From Owenia fusiformis (Eukaryota), in NCBI GenBank assembly GCA_903813345.2, contig CAIIXF020000001.1, forward strand, positions 33,232,001 to 33,296,000: a stretch of DNA of 64,000 nucleotides, written 5' to 3'. The position numbers and the translations under genes are program-made. Below are positions 39,601 to 52,645 of this stretch, in pieces. The first letter of the stretch is position 1; each line of letters begins with the position of its first letter. The notes under the pieces were generated by a model. That model was not told where the DNA came from. It searched no databases and saw nothing but the letters and a program-made list of their open reading frames with translations.

Positions 39601-40740
39601 ATCTTATTTATTCAACTTCTGGTGGTAAACTGTTATTTGCTTGATCAAAGTATATTCTCATTTCCTAAAATCCCAGTCCAAATCCATTACTTGTTCTCGA
39701 GAAATCGCTTATTTTCCTCGAAACGCTCCGTCGATTTAGACCACAATTTTAGAAACGCTCTTACCATTTTGTTTTGATATCATTTTCAGATTATTAGAGA
39801 AGAGTTCCGAATCGAATCTATCTCTCAAAAAAAATTTCATATTCAATCCTCAATCAAATAATTGAAGAAGTCTCAGAGTATAAATATCTAGGCTGCATTC
39901 TTTCTGACAAAAATCACAAGTCAAACTCAAACCACTTGACCCAAAAAGCAACCAAAGCCATTTTTAAACTAGTAGGTTACTACAAGGTACTTGGCAATCT
40001 ACCAGTAGATGTAGCACTAAATCTGTTTGATAAGTTGATTCTACCAATTTTGGAATATGGTAATGAGGTACTTGCACAACCTAAAACCTTTGATATTATA
40101 GAAAAGTTACAATCGCGATTCTTAAAAGAACTCTTACATGTTAAAACACAAACTTCAAATCTGGCAATACTTGGTGAGTTTGGAAGATACCCCCTTACTA
40201 TAAGAATGAAAGTTCAGAAAATAAAATACTGATGTTGACTACTTACACTTCAATCTCAACATAAACTGGACATATCACGTGATATAATGGAGTAAAGTAA
40301 AAAAATTGAGACCCTGAAATGGCAGATTTATGATGTAAATTGAACAATTCGGGCTATATGAACTAAACACAGAGCGATACGAAAACATATTGGATTGGAG
40401 ATATCTACACACAAATTAGGCTAAAATACAAACATGAGCGTACAAAATCTAACCCAGAAGGATATCAAAAGTTTCTTTGTCAACGAAATCCAAGATGGCG
40501 CCGAAAAAATTCAAAAAGTAATGAACGGGAAACTCAACCAAAAAAGCGTCGATATGTGAGCGCATGCGATTCAAGATACAGCGAGCATAATAATCAAACA
40601 ATGGAAGCACAAACTACTGATTCTGAACTGTCTATGGACGATGAAATGTCGACGGCGTAATTTCCAAAACCTGCTCTGAAGATGAGCAAACTATCGTCAG
40701 ACGTCCAGATGATGATGTTGGTGCCATAACTAAAAGTTGG

Positions 40741-41331
40741 ATGTTGAAAATGTTTGCTGCACAAGAGAAAGCCATGGAAAAGAAAATGAAGTCGACTGTC
40801 AGTAAAGCTGTAGCCAGGGCTATCGGGGCCACAAATAGAAGGCATATAGAAAACGAAAATAAGACTCTGAAAAGTGACGTACATCTCCTTTATGATAAGA
40901 TAAATCAACTGACTGAAGACTGTAATCACAACGCTCAGTATTCACGAAAGAATACAGTGAGAATACTTGGTATACCCGAGCCAGATGCCCGCAACGTTTC
41001 CAGAGAAGACTGCAAAATATCTGTCTGTCAGAATCCCAATATTCTGGAGAAAATTCCCGGAGTGATCTCACCAGACGACATCGAGGTAATGCATAGGCTG
41101 GGTACATATTCGGAGTCTAGTAGATACCCCAGACCCATCATCGTGAAGTTCAAATTCCGTGGTGCAAAGGACAACTTGATACAACGTCGCAGAGGACTCA
41201 AGGGTACGAATGTAATCATCTACGAAGACCTGAGCCCTTGGAATAGAAAACTACTATACGACCTAAAACAAAACCCTGAGATAGATCAGGCATGGAGCGC
41301 CAATGGCAAAATCCTAGGTAAAGAGAGGTGA
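40741..41331 (+). pseudogene. LINE ORF1p (coiled coil-RRM-CTD, L1/Transposase_22 type), disrupted
   Basis: Motifs QYSRKNTVRILGIPE, MHRLG, PRPIIVKF, IYEDLS, AWSANGKI. Upstream stops and a probable 3' frameshift. Confidence 0.85.
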
Positions 41332-41429
41332 TATAGCAAACTTGACAGTAACCAGTGACATTGACTCTGTCATCCAAGCCAGGTTGAGGGTACCTAGGGA
41401 TCGTAATGCCAGATGAATGAATGCCAGAT

Positions 41430-41923
41430 AATGAACAGATTCTTTTGAATTTTTCAGAAAATGTGCCCAACATATTGCTGTAAATAATACAATCTTTGAA
41501 AATTTGATATCATTCATGGAAAAAGAAAAAAAAAGAAAAAAAAGATTTGAAAAGCGATTTATTTTCCTTTTTATGACTGCCATTTTTGTTTGAGACAATT
41601 TTCTAAAATTTCAAAGATTGTATCAGTTACAGCATTATATTGGGCACATTTTCTGAAAAATTCAAAAGATTCTGTTCAGTGACTTTCCCTTGCCCCTACT
41701 TTTAGCTTTTTTTCAGTCACACTTTCAAAGGGCTAAAAAGGTTAGTTCCTCATGTTTAGGGTCATTCTGACCCTGCACATTGTGATCCTGGACCTGTAAA
41801 TGGTATTTGGAACTAGTTGAATTGACTGGAGGTCAAAACAGAACTTTGTTCAAAAAATGTCTAAAAATGCACAAAAAATTGTCACTTCCTGTTTTGTCAT
41901 TTCCTGTTAACTTCCATAGCACC
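41430..41923. mobile_element. Kolobok-type foldback MITE, left arm deleted
   Basis: Homologous to about 10825-11328. Ends CTTCCATAGCACC|TTAA. Confidence 0.8.
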
Positions 41924-41927
41924 TTAA

Positions 41928-42912
41928 TAGATTTAGAGCTGGTCTGATTCTAAAATCTCATCTACATATGTATATGCCCATAACTTTGCGACAGTAAATG
42001 ACCCATTTTCAGGCCTGTCAACTTGGGAACACCTAACATGAGTGACTTGGAAATGTTGAACACCTCCCCTCAAAATGTGGACACCTTGGTCCAAATCTGA
42101 ACACCTTGATCCAAATTTTGAACACCTTGGTTTAAATTTCATTACATCTTGCCAAATTTTGAACACCTCAAATTTTTCGCGCTCGTCGCGCTCGAGTTTC
42201 AAACATCCATCAACGGGGGGGGGGGGGGGGGGGGGTGGTACGAAAAATTTCGAACGGAATGCGTGACATATACGTAATTCGCGTGTAAAGTCCGAACGAA
42301 ATGCGTACATTTTTTTCCGGCGTTCGTATTTTTGCTGTGTAGACAATCTTTTCTAGAAATTTTTCTACAGAAATATTTTTGCTTGACAATTACCAGGTAA
42401 AATGCGTATTTGCGTGACATTTTGTGTCACGCAAAAATAACTGGCGTGACTTCAAATTCTTCAGCAAATGCGTGACAAATACGCAAATTGCGGGACAGTT
42501 GACAGGCCTGCATTTTGTATATGTGGTGCTAAACAGCAAACAACATATCACTTTTTCTTAAACTGCCCTCTGCTGCAACAAGAAAGATGCACTCTCCTAG
42601 CAGGACTAAAAACCTTAGGATTTCTCAACAGTTTCCAAAACTTTAACTCCAATGAAAAAATTCAATTTTTATTATTTGGAGAGAGAAATCTAACAGTAAT
42701 GGAGAATGAACAAATTATTCAAATAGTTAGCCATTACATCTGTTTAGCTCTTGATATTTTAGATTAAACCCCCCCCCCCCAAAGGCCTCTAACATTTTTC
42801 ACCATCCATATTGCTGACCAAATCTATTGTATTTCCAATATTTCCAGTTTGACATGTTTTGTATATTGCCGACAATGTTGAAAAACTTAGGCAATAATAT
42901 TGTATTGTATTT
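41928..42912 (+). mobile_element. CR1-like LINE 3' end interrupted by a hAT-like MITE
   Basis: NDPF-CICGAKQQTTYHFFLNC...LLFG after MITE removal. (ATTGT)n tail near 42895-42912. Confidence 0.75.
42010..42510. mobile_element. hAT-like MITE with 6-bp TSD
   Basis: TIR CAGGCCTGTCAACT. TSD CATTTT. Removal restores the LINE reading frame. Confidence 0.85.
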
Positions 42913-43164
42913 TTATATATTATATATGGAATAAATGAGAAATGGAAAAAAGCAAAAAAAACATAAACTTAATAAATCATATCAACAGAACCTCCAAATC
43001 TATCATTGCGGTGGTAAATCGTGGGTGTCCCAAATCTATAATATTCACAAAGAATGTGATTTCCAAGACATGTGGGACAATCATAATAAGGCTGTCATTG
43101 ATATTCAATCATATTTAAGTTTACCTGGAAAAGTATCTAATAAACTAAGATATCTTTATAAAAG

Positions 43165-44234
43165 AAAGGATTATCTGTCAAAAAAAGCTTCCAAAATGAC
43201 TGGTTACATGAGGTATACATTAGCCAAGCATAACAATGTTAACAGGCTTAATTTTGGACAAAGTATTTACAGAACCATGGTTCTCCCAGCTCTGACACAT
43301 GGCTGTGGTGTCTGGCTGGTCAATAAAACTAGTAAGCAAGTCCTTAAGTCAGCTCAATATAACCTTGCAAGAGCACTCCTACAACTTCGATGTAAACCAG
43401 CCACAAATGCCCTTTTTGGTGACTTGGGCTGGACACCAATCATGCGTGAAATTGAAGACAAACAAATTGAATATTTCACATACCTCAAGATGAACACACG
43501 AAACAGCCTTTTAAATGTAGTTTTTCAAAGTATGCTTCAATGTCATAACCAAGGCAAAATATTATCTTGGAAATATATGAATAATGTGCATGATATTTTA
43601 ATGGACAGGGGTCTTGAAGGTGTTATGTTCCGAAATGATGTGGATTGGGTCCATTCATATAAGGTCATTTCGGATGATCAAGATATCTTTAATTTTCAAG
43701 AAAAGATTGGAACCCAGTCTTCACTTAGTTTTTATAAGGATGTCAAACAACACCCTGGTATGGAGCTATATATGAACAATAAAAATGATTTTTACCTTAC
43801 CCAGCTTAAATTTAGAGCCAGGACTGGCTGTTTTATGTTACAGGCTGATTTAGAAAGATGGGGCAAAGGAACTGGCATTTGTCTATTATGCAATGATGAA
43901 TGTAGGGATGACCTACGTCACAGATTGCTTAGATGTCATTTTTTCATTCCTGAACGCCTTGCCCTATTCAATGATTTTAAATCAACACTTCCATCTCCTG
44001 TATGGAATGAATTTTTAACCTTACCAGAAGACTCAAAACTACATTGGCTGCTTGGTAATGATGTATTTTTGAATTATGGGCATGAAATTGGTTTTAAATT
44101 TGATTCTCTTACCAAGAGATTTTTAAACAAAGTTTATATTAAATTGAAAGATTGATTGTAAAATGTTTTATATATGTAAAGCACCCTTTTGAGGTGTGCC
44201 ACCGTTATAAAGGTGAATAAAATAATAATAATAA
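43165..44234 (+). mobile_element. 5'-truncated non-LTR retrotransposon (LINE Y) with intact C-terminal ORF2
   Basis: LPALTHGCGVW, LFGDLGW, and CCHC CLLC...HRLLRC. No stops to 44155. (AAT)n tail. TSD ATAAAAG at 43158-64 and 52180-86. Confidence 0.85.
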
Positions 44235-47200
44235 CTAGAGGTTTAAGATTGCAAGCAATCTTAAGGAGGCCCCGTAGGCTTTTTTGAACATTTAAAGGTC
44301 AGCCAAAGGTCAAATCTTAAATACAAGGTCATAAATGAACTTCAGGCATCTTGTTGATGATTTTTTAAAAAAGTTTGGTCAATTTGAAGCAATGTGAAAT
44401 TTGACCTTGAAAAATTTCAACATTAGACCTTTTTCAATTTTTGAGGTCCAATATCTCAAAACTGGTGCAGAATTTTAATAGATAATCAATTGTTAATATG
44501 TGTAAAACCTTTAGAGGAATATATATCCTGACTATAATTAAAAAAATATTGACTTGTAGTCACAAACTTTGAGAAACTTAGAAAACACAGTTTGTGATCT
44601 TGTTTGATGACCTTGACCTTTGACCTTGAAAATTTTACTTTTTAGACCTCAGTATATCTTTTCTGATTGAATAAACCTAAATTTGAATCCAGAAAATCAA
44701 TTTGAAAAATCAACTTTTTTGACCTTTCGAAGGTCACTGAAGGTCAACTAAAGGTCATAGGTCAAAACTAAGGTCAGATTTGAGTTCCTGAGATCTTGTA
44801 GATGCTTTTTAAAAAAAGTTTGGTCAATTTAGAGCAAGTTGAAATTTGACCTTGAAAAATTTCAAAATTTGACCTTTTTTCAGTTTTTGAGTTCTAATAT
44901 CTCAAAACTGGAGCAAAATTTTAATAAATAGTCAATTGCTAATATGTGTAGAGCCTTTAGAGGAATATATATTCTGACTTTCAGTAAAAAAAATTGATTT
45001 GTAGTCTCCAATTTTGAGAAACTTAGAAAACACAGTTTGTGATTTCGTTTGATGTCCTTCACCTTTGACCTTGCAAATTTTACTTTTTTAGACCTCAGAA
45101 GGTCTTTTGTGAATGAATATACCTAAATTTGAATCCAGAAAATCGATTTGAAAAATCAACTTTTTTGACGTTTCGGAGGTCACTGAAGGTCAACCAAAGG
45201 GCAAAGGTCAAAAGTAAGATCAGATTTGGAATCCTGAGAACTTGTAGATGAGTTTTAAAAAAAATTTGGTCAATTTGAAGCAAGTTGAAATTTAGCCTTT
45301 AAAAGTTTCGAAATTTGACCTTTTTTCAGTTTTTGAGTTCTAATAACTCAAAACTGGTAGAGAATTTTAATAAATAGTCAATTGCTAATATGTGTAGAAC
45401 CTATAGAGGAATATATATCCTGACTTTTATGAAAAAATATTGATTTGTAGTCACCAATTTTGAGAAACTTAGAAAACACAGTTTGCGATTTAGTTATATG
45501 ACCTTGACCTTTGACCTTGCAAATTTTACTTTTTTAGACCTCAGTGGGTCCTTTGTGATCAAATATACCTAAATTCGAATCCAGAAAATCAATTTGAAAA
45601 AACAACTTTTTTAACCTTTCGAAGGTCACCGAAGGTCAACCAAAGGTCGGAGGTCAAAAGTAAGGACATATTTGAGTTCCTGAGATCTTGTAGATGATTT
45701 TTAAAAAAAAATCTGGTTCATTTGAAGCAAGTTGAAAAATGACCGATTTTTGCCGATTTTTGACTTCAAATATCTCAAAAACGGTAAAAAATTAACGCGT
45801 ACATATAGTGAGCAATTTGTAGAGAATGCTTATATCTAGTTACATTTTAATTCATCGCAAGAAATAATGAAGTATAAGGACGAAATCTGAGAAACTTAAA
45901 AAAAACTTTGATTTGACCTAGATTTTGACCTTTGACCTTGACCTAGATAAAAATTCCTTTCCACCCAAGTTCAGCCAAGGTCCCTGGTAGGTGCATGAAG
46001 GAGATGGTTAAAAGTTAGTTGGAAGTAGGAGAAAAGGGTTTAGGAAGAACTAGACTTTTGAAGATTGCAAGCAATCTCACGGAGGCCCTCTTAGGCATTT
46101 TTGACAATTTGAAGGTCAACTAAAGGACAAATATCAAATCTGAGGTCAGATGTGAACTCCTAAGAACTTGTAGATGATTTTGAAAAAAACGATTTTGTCA
46201 ATTTGAAGTGAGTTTAAATTTGACCTTAAAAAATTTCGAAAGTGACCTTTTTTCAACTTTTGAACTCTTATATCTCAAACTGGGACAAAATTCTATTAGA
46301 TAGTCAATTGCTAATATGTGTAGAACCCTTAGAGGAATGTGTATATTTCAACTTCGGATTAAAAATATTGGTTTGTAATCTCGAACTTTGCAAAACTTAG
46401 ATAGCACAGTTTGTGACCTAATTTCATGATCTTGACCTTTGACCTTGAAAAGTTTTACTTTTTTAGACCTCAGTAGGTCTTTTGTAATTAGGCTGACCTA
46501 AATTTGAATCCAAAGACTCAATTTGAAAAATCAACTTTTCTTACCATTCGAAGGTCATTGAAGGTCAACTAAAGGTCAAAGCTCAAATCTGAGGTCAGCT
46601 TTGGATTCATGGGAAGTTGTAGATGATTTTTAAAAAAAAATTGGTCAGATTGAAGCAAGTTGAAAAATGACATTTTTCGACCGTTTTTTGACGTCAAATA
46701 TCTCAAAAACGGTAAAAATTTAATGCTGACATCTAGTGAACAATTTGTAGAAAATACTAAAATGTAGTTTCAGTTAAATTCATAGCAAGAAATAATGAAG
46801 TATAAGGACAAAGTTGAGAAACTTAAAAAAAAAAAAGATTTGACCTAGATTTTGACCTTTGACCTAATTTGATAACCTTGACCCTTGACCTTGAAAATAT
46901 AACTGTTTTAGAGCTCAGTAGGTCTTTTATGCTTAGGCTAACCCTAAATTTGAATCCAAAAACTCAATTTGAAAAATCAACTTTTCTGACCTTTCGAAGG
47001 TCACTGAAGGTGAACTAAAGGTCAAATGTCAAATTCGAGGTTAAATATGAACTCCTGAGAAGTTGTAGATGATTTTTAAAAAAAAGTTTGGTTAATTTGA
47101 AGCAAGTTAAAATTTGACCTTGTAAACTTTGAAAAATTGACCTTTTTCAGTTTTTGAGCTCTTATATCTCAAAACTTGGACAAAATTTTAATAAATAGTC

Positions 47201-50200
47201 AATGACTAATATGTGAAGAACCCTTAGAGAAATGTATATCTTGACTTTCAATTAAAAATATTGATTTGTAGTCTTGAATCATGAGAAACTTAGATAGCAC
47301 AGTTTGTGACCTAATTTGATGACCTTGACCTTTGACCTTGAATTTTTTACTTTTTTAGACCTCGGTAGGCTTTTTGTAATTAAACTGACTTAAATTTGAA
47401 TCCAAAGACTCAATTTGAAAAATCAAATTTTCTGACCTTTCGAAGGTCACTGAAGGTCAACTAAAGGTCAAAGGTCAAATCTGAAGTCAGATTTGGACTC
47501 CTGGGAACTTGTAGATGATTTTTAAAAAAAAATTTGGTCAGATTGAAGCAAGTTGAAAAATGACCTCTTTTGACCGTTTTTTGATGTCAAATATCTCAAA
47601 AACGGTAAAAATTTAATGCTGACATATAGTGAACAATTTGTAGAGAATACTTAAATGTAGTTTCAGTATAATTCATCGCAAGAAATAATGAAGTATAATG
47701 ACAAACTTGAGAAACTTGAAAAAAAGCTTAGATTTGACCTAGATTTTGACCTTTGACCTTGACCTAGATAAGAAATATTTTCCCATCAAGATCAAACCAG
47801 GTCTCTAGTAGGAGCATATAGTAGAAAGTTGAAAGCTAGTTGAAAGTAGGAGAAAACTGCTTTGATAGAATAATAAGAAGAAGAATAAGAATAAAGAAGA
47901 ATAAAGAAAAGCTACAAAAGCTATAGGAGGCCCTTTCAGGAGGGCCTCCTAATAAAGAATAACTAGAGACCAAGATTGCAAGCAATCTTTAGGAGGCCCC
48001 GTGATTGCCCAATTAAATGACCTTGACATGGTCACCATTTTGCTCAATTAGGCAAGAATATCACAATTCACATTTCAATGTATCTAAATATAACATATGA
48101 ACAAAATCGCTTCATTACTTTATGAGTTAAAGGGGAAAATGTAATGTGAGATAAAATTAGGCGCCATTTTTCAAGATGGCTGCCATATTCATGAAAAAGT
48201 CAAAAAGATCATCAGTCTTGTTTCCACATAACCTAAATATAAAATATGAACTAAATTTGTTTCATTTCACTTTTTTGAGTTATAGTAAAAAACGTAATGT
48301 AAGACAAAATGGGCACCATTTCCAAGATGGCCACGTTTTGGTCAATTCTTGACTTTTTCTATGTATTGTATGTAAGAATCAGAAATACATTTAGCTGCAT
48401 TTAAACTACATTAATATAACACACAAGAAACAAAGACTGGGGGCCATTTGAGGAGATGTTTGATGGGATTTGGTATGCCGTGGTATTGCAGTTTTCTAGT
48501 TGTGGTATTAACAATTGAAAATTCTTTGATTTTGGTGAACATGCATTTGTTATTTTATTAGGTTTGAATTTAATTTCAGACTGAGCTACACGCCCAAGAT
48601 GTGTAGAACATTTAAAGGAAGATATATCCTAACTTTCATCCAACAATATTGATTTATAGTCACAAACTTTACCTTAAAAAACAGAGTTTGTAATTTGATT
48701 GGATGACCTTGACCTTTGACCTTGCGAATTTTACTTTTTTGACCACAGTAGGTCTTTTAATAATTAAGTATACCTAAATTTGAATCCAGAAAAACAATTT
48801 GAAAAATCAACTTTTTTGACCTATCCAAGGTCACTGAAGGTCAACCAAAGGTCAAAGGTCAAAACCAAGGTCAGATTTGAACTCCTGACAATTTGTAGAT
48901 GTTTTTAAAAAGAAAGTTTGGTCAATTTAGAGCAAGTTAAAATTTGACCTTGAAGAATTTCGAAATTTGACATTTTTTCAGTTTTTGAGTTCTAATTTCT
49001 CAAAACTGGTGCAAAATTTTAATAGATAATCAATTGCTTATATGTGTAGAACCATTAGAGGAATATATATCCTGACTTTCATTCAAAAATATTGATTTGT
49101 AGTCACAAACTTTGAGAAACTTAGAAAACACAGTTTGTGATCTTGTTTGATGACCTTGACCTTTGACCTTGCGAATTTTACTTTTTTAGACCTCAGTATG
49201 TCTTTTCTGATTAAATACACCTAAATTTGAATCCAGAAAATCAATTTGAAAAATCAATTTTTTTGACCTTTCGAAGGTCACTGAAGGTCAACTAAAGGTC
49301 ATAGGTCAAAATTAAGGTCATATTTGAGTTCCTGAGATCTTGTAGATGCTTTTAAAAAAAAAGTTTGGTCAATTTAGAGCAAGTTGAAATTTGACCTTGA
49401 AAAATTTCGAAATTTGACCTTTTTTCAGTTTTTGAGTTCTAATATCTCAAAACTGAAGCAAAATTTTAATAAATAGTCAATTGCTAATATGTGAAGAACC
49501 TTTAGAGGAATATATATTCTGACTTTCAGTAAAAAAAATTGATTTGTAGTCTCCAATTTTTAGAAACTTAGAAAACACAGTTTGTGATTTCGTTTGATGA
49601 CCTTGACCTTTGACCTTGCAAATTTTACTTTTTTTGACCTCAAGAGGTCTTTTGTGAATAAACATACCTAAATTTGAATCGAGAAAATCGATTCGAAAAA
49701 TCAACTTTTTTGACCTTTCGGAGGTCACTGAAGGTCAACCAAAGGTCAAAGGTCAAAAGTAAGGTCAGATTTGGAATCCTGATAACTTGTAGATGAGTTT
49801 TGAAAATAAATTTGGTCAATTTGAAGCAAGTTGAAAAAAGACCTTTTTTGACCTTTTTTTGACCTTCAATATCTCAAAATCTAGGCAAAATTTCTCTAGA
49901 CGGCAAAAGGCTAAGACTAATAGAATACTAATATCTATCTGTATGCAAAAATTCAGCCAAAAATATTGAAGTGTAGTGTCAGGATTTGAGAAACTTGAAA
50001 AAAACTTAGATTTGACCTAGATTTTGACCTTTGACCTTGACCTAGATAAGAATTCCTTTCCCGCCAAGTTCAGCCAAGGTCCCTAGTATGACTATGTAAG
50101 AGCTAGTTGAAAGCTAGTTGGAAGTAGGAGAAAAGGTCCCGGGAAGAATAAATAAAGAATAATAAAGAATAATATCTACAAAATTAATAGGAGGCCCCTG

Positions 50201-52179
50201 CCGGGGGGCCTCCTAATAATAATAATAACTAGACTTTTGAAGATTGCAAGCAATCTCACGGAGGCCCTCTTAGGCATTTTTGACAATTTGAAGGTGTGAA
50301 CTCCTGAGAACTTGAAGATGATTTTCAAAAAAAGATTTTGTCAATTTGAAGCGAGTTTAAATTTGACCTTGAAAAATTTCGAAATTGACCTTTTTTCAAC
50401 TTTTGAACTCTTATATCTCAAACTGGGACAAAATTCTATTAGATAGTCAATTGCTAATATGTGTAGAACCCTTAGAGGAATGTGTATATTTCAACTTCGG
50501 ATTAAAAATATTGGTTTGTAGTCTTGAACTTTGCGAAACTTAGATAGCACAGTTTGTGACCTAATTTCATGATCTTGACCTTTGACCTTGAAAAGTTTTA
50601 CTTTTTTAGACCTCAGTAGGTCTTTTGTAATTAGGCTGACCTAAATTTGAATCCAAAGACTCAATTTGAAAAATCAACTTTTCTTACCTTTCGAAGGTCA
50701 TTGAAGGTCAACTAAAGGTCAAAGCTCAAATCTGAGGTCAGCTTTGGACTCATGGGAAGTTGTAGATGATTTTTTTTAAAAAAAATTGGTCAGATTGAAG
50801 CAAGTTGAAAAATGACATTTTTCGACCGTTTTTTTGACGTCAAATATCTCAAAAACGGTAAAAATTTAATGCTGACATCTAGTGAACAATTTGTAGAAAA
50901 TACTAAAATGTAGTTTCAGTTTAATTCATCGCAAGAAATAATGAAGTATAAGGACAAAGTTGAGAAACTTAAAAAAAATTAGATTTGACCTAGATTTTGA
51001 CCTTTGACCTAATTTGATAACCGTGACCCTTGACCTTGAAAATATAACTGTTTTAGAGCTCAGTAGGTCTTTTTTGCTTAGGCTAACCCTATATGTGAAT
51101 CCAAAAACTCGATTTGAAAAATCAACTTCACTGACCTTTCGAAGGTCACTGAAGGTCAAGTAAAGGTCAAATGTCAAATCTGTGGTAAAATATGAACTCC
51201 TGAGAAGTTGTAGATGATTTTTAAAAAAAATTGGGTGAATTTGAAGCAAGTAAAAATTTGACCTTATAAACTCTGAAAAATTGACCTTTTTCAGTTTTTG
51301 AGCTCTTATATCTCAAAATTGGGACAAAATTTTAATAAATAGTCAATTGCTAATATGTGTAGAACTCTTAGAGGAATGTATATCTTGACTTTCAATTAAA
51401 AATATTGATTTGTAGTCTTAAACTATGAGAAAGTTAGATAGCACAGTTTGTGACCTAATTTGATGACCTTGACCTTTGACCTTGAAATTTTTACTTTTTT
51501 AGACCTCAGTAGGCTTTTTGTAATTAGACTGACCTAAATTTGAATCCAAAGACTCAATTTGAAAAATCAACTTTTCTGACCTTTCGAAGGTCACTGAAAG
51601 TCAAATAAGGGTCAAAGGTCAAATCTGAGGTCAGATTTGGACTCCTGGGAACTTGTAGATGATTTTTTAAAAAAAATTTGGTCAGATTGAAGCAAGTTGA
51701 AAAATGACCTTTTTTGACCGTTTTTTGACGTCAAATATCTCAAAAACTGTAAAAATTTAATGCTGACATATAGTGAACAATTTGTAGAGAATACTTAAAT
51801 GTAGTTTCAGTTTAATTCATCACAAGAAATACTGAAGTATAAGGACAAACTTGAGAAACTTGAAAAAAAACTTAGATTTGACCTAGATTTTGACCTTTGA
51901 CCTTGACCTAGATATGAAATATTTTCCCATCAAGATCAAACCAGGTATCTAGTAGGAGCAGAAAGTTGAAAGCTAGTTGGAAGTAGGAGAAAACTGCTTT
52001 GATAGAATAATAATAAGAATAAGAATAAGAAGAAGAATAAAGAAAAGCTACAAAAGCTATAGGAGGCCCTTTCAGGAGGGCCTCCTAATAATATCTATAA
52101 AATTAATAGGAGGCCCCCCGTTTGGGCCTCCTAATAATATCTATAAAATTAATAGGAGGCCCCCCGTTGGGGCCTCCTA
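44235..52179 (-). mobile_element. Cluster of four HINE family C elements (~445 bp units): outer 44235-46049 + 52088-52179; inner 46050-47951, 47963-50215, 50229-52087
   Basis: Four 3' ends (CTAG + AGATTGCAAGCAATCT hairpin + GGAGGCCC) and five 5' hairpins (TAGGAGGCCC-n-GGGCCTCCTA), with GAA/TAA microsatellite. Confidence 0.9.
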
Positions 52180-52645
52180 ATAAAAGCCAATGGTTTGCCC
52201 TTATAAACAACCACTCTAAAAGCCCGTGCCTTAGAACATACTCAATATTTGAATTAGCCTTTAAGAAAGAACCATTTTTAATGATAAAAAATGGCAAACT
52301 TAGAAATATATTAGGTAAAATAAGAAAGGTCAACATAAAAAGAAAAATGGACAAAAAATGCAATTAGAGGGGGTAAAAAGTCATGAAATATTATGTAGGT
52401 TTGGTGGACATGGCAGATTTGCCATTAGACAGAATTTGCTTACAATGTAACATGAACCAAATTGAAGATGAATTGCATTTAATTTTTACTGCCCTGCCTG
52501 TTCAAGCCAAAGATCAATATTTTTCAAAACACTAGCCCAATAAATCTCAATCAGTAATACACCCCCCAACATTTTAATAAAAGAAATCATGAACAGCAAA
52601 ATTAAAATACTGAAAGAACTTATAATAATAAGATCATAATATGTA

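Larger units (their letters stand above)
40268..42959 (+). mobile_element. Retrotransposed insertion with LINE ORF1, A-rich tail and 10-bp TSD
   Basis: TSD AACATAAACT at 40258-67 and 42960-69. AATAAA and A-tail lie before the right TSD. Confidence 0.75.

Noticed and set aside
39390..39835. Crypton-like insert with repeated AACGCTCC motifs inside LINE X
   Set aside because: It clearly interrupts the LINE, but no termini or TSD could be defined, so no family was assigned.
42935..44155. Intact host protein-coding gene
   Set aside because: Chimera of LINE fragments delimited by TSDs.
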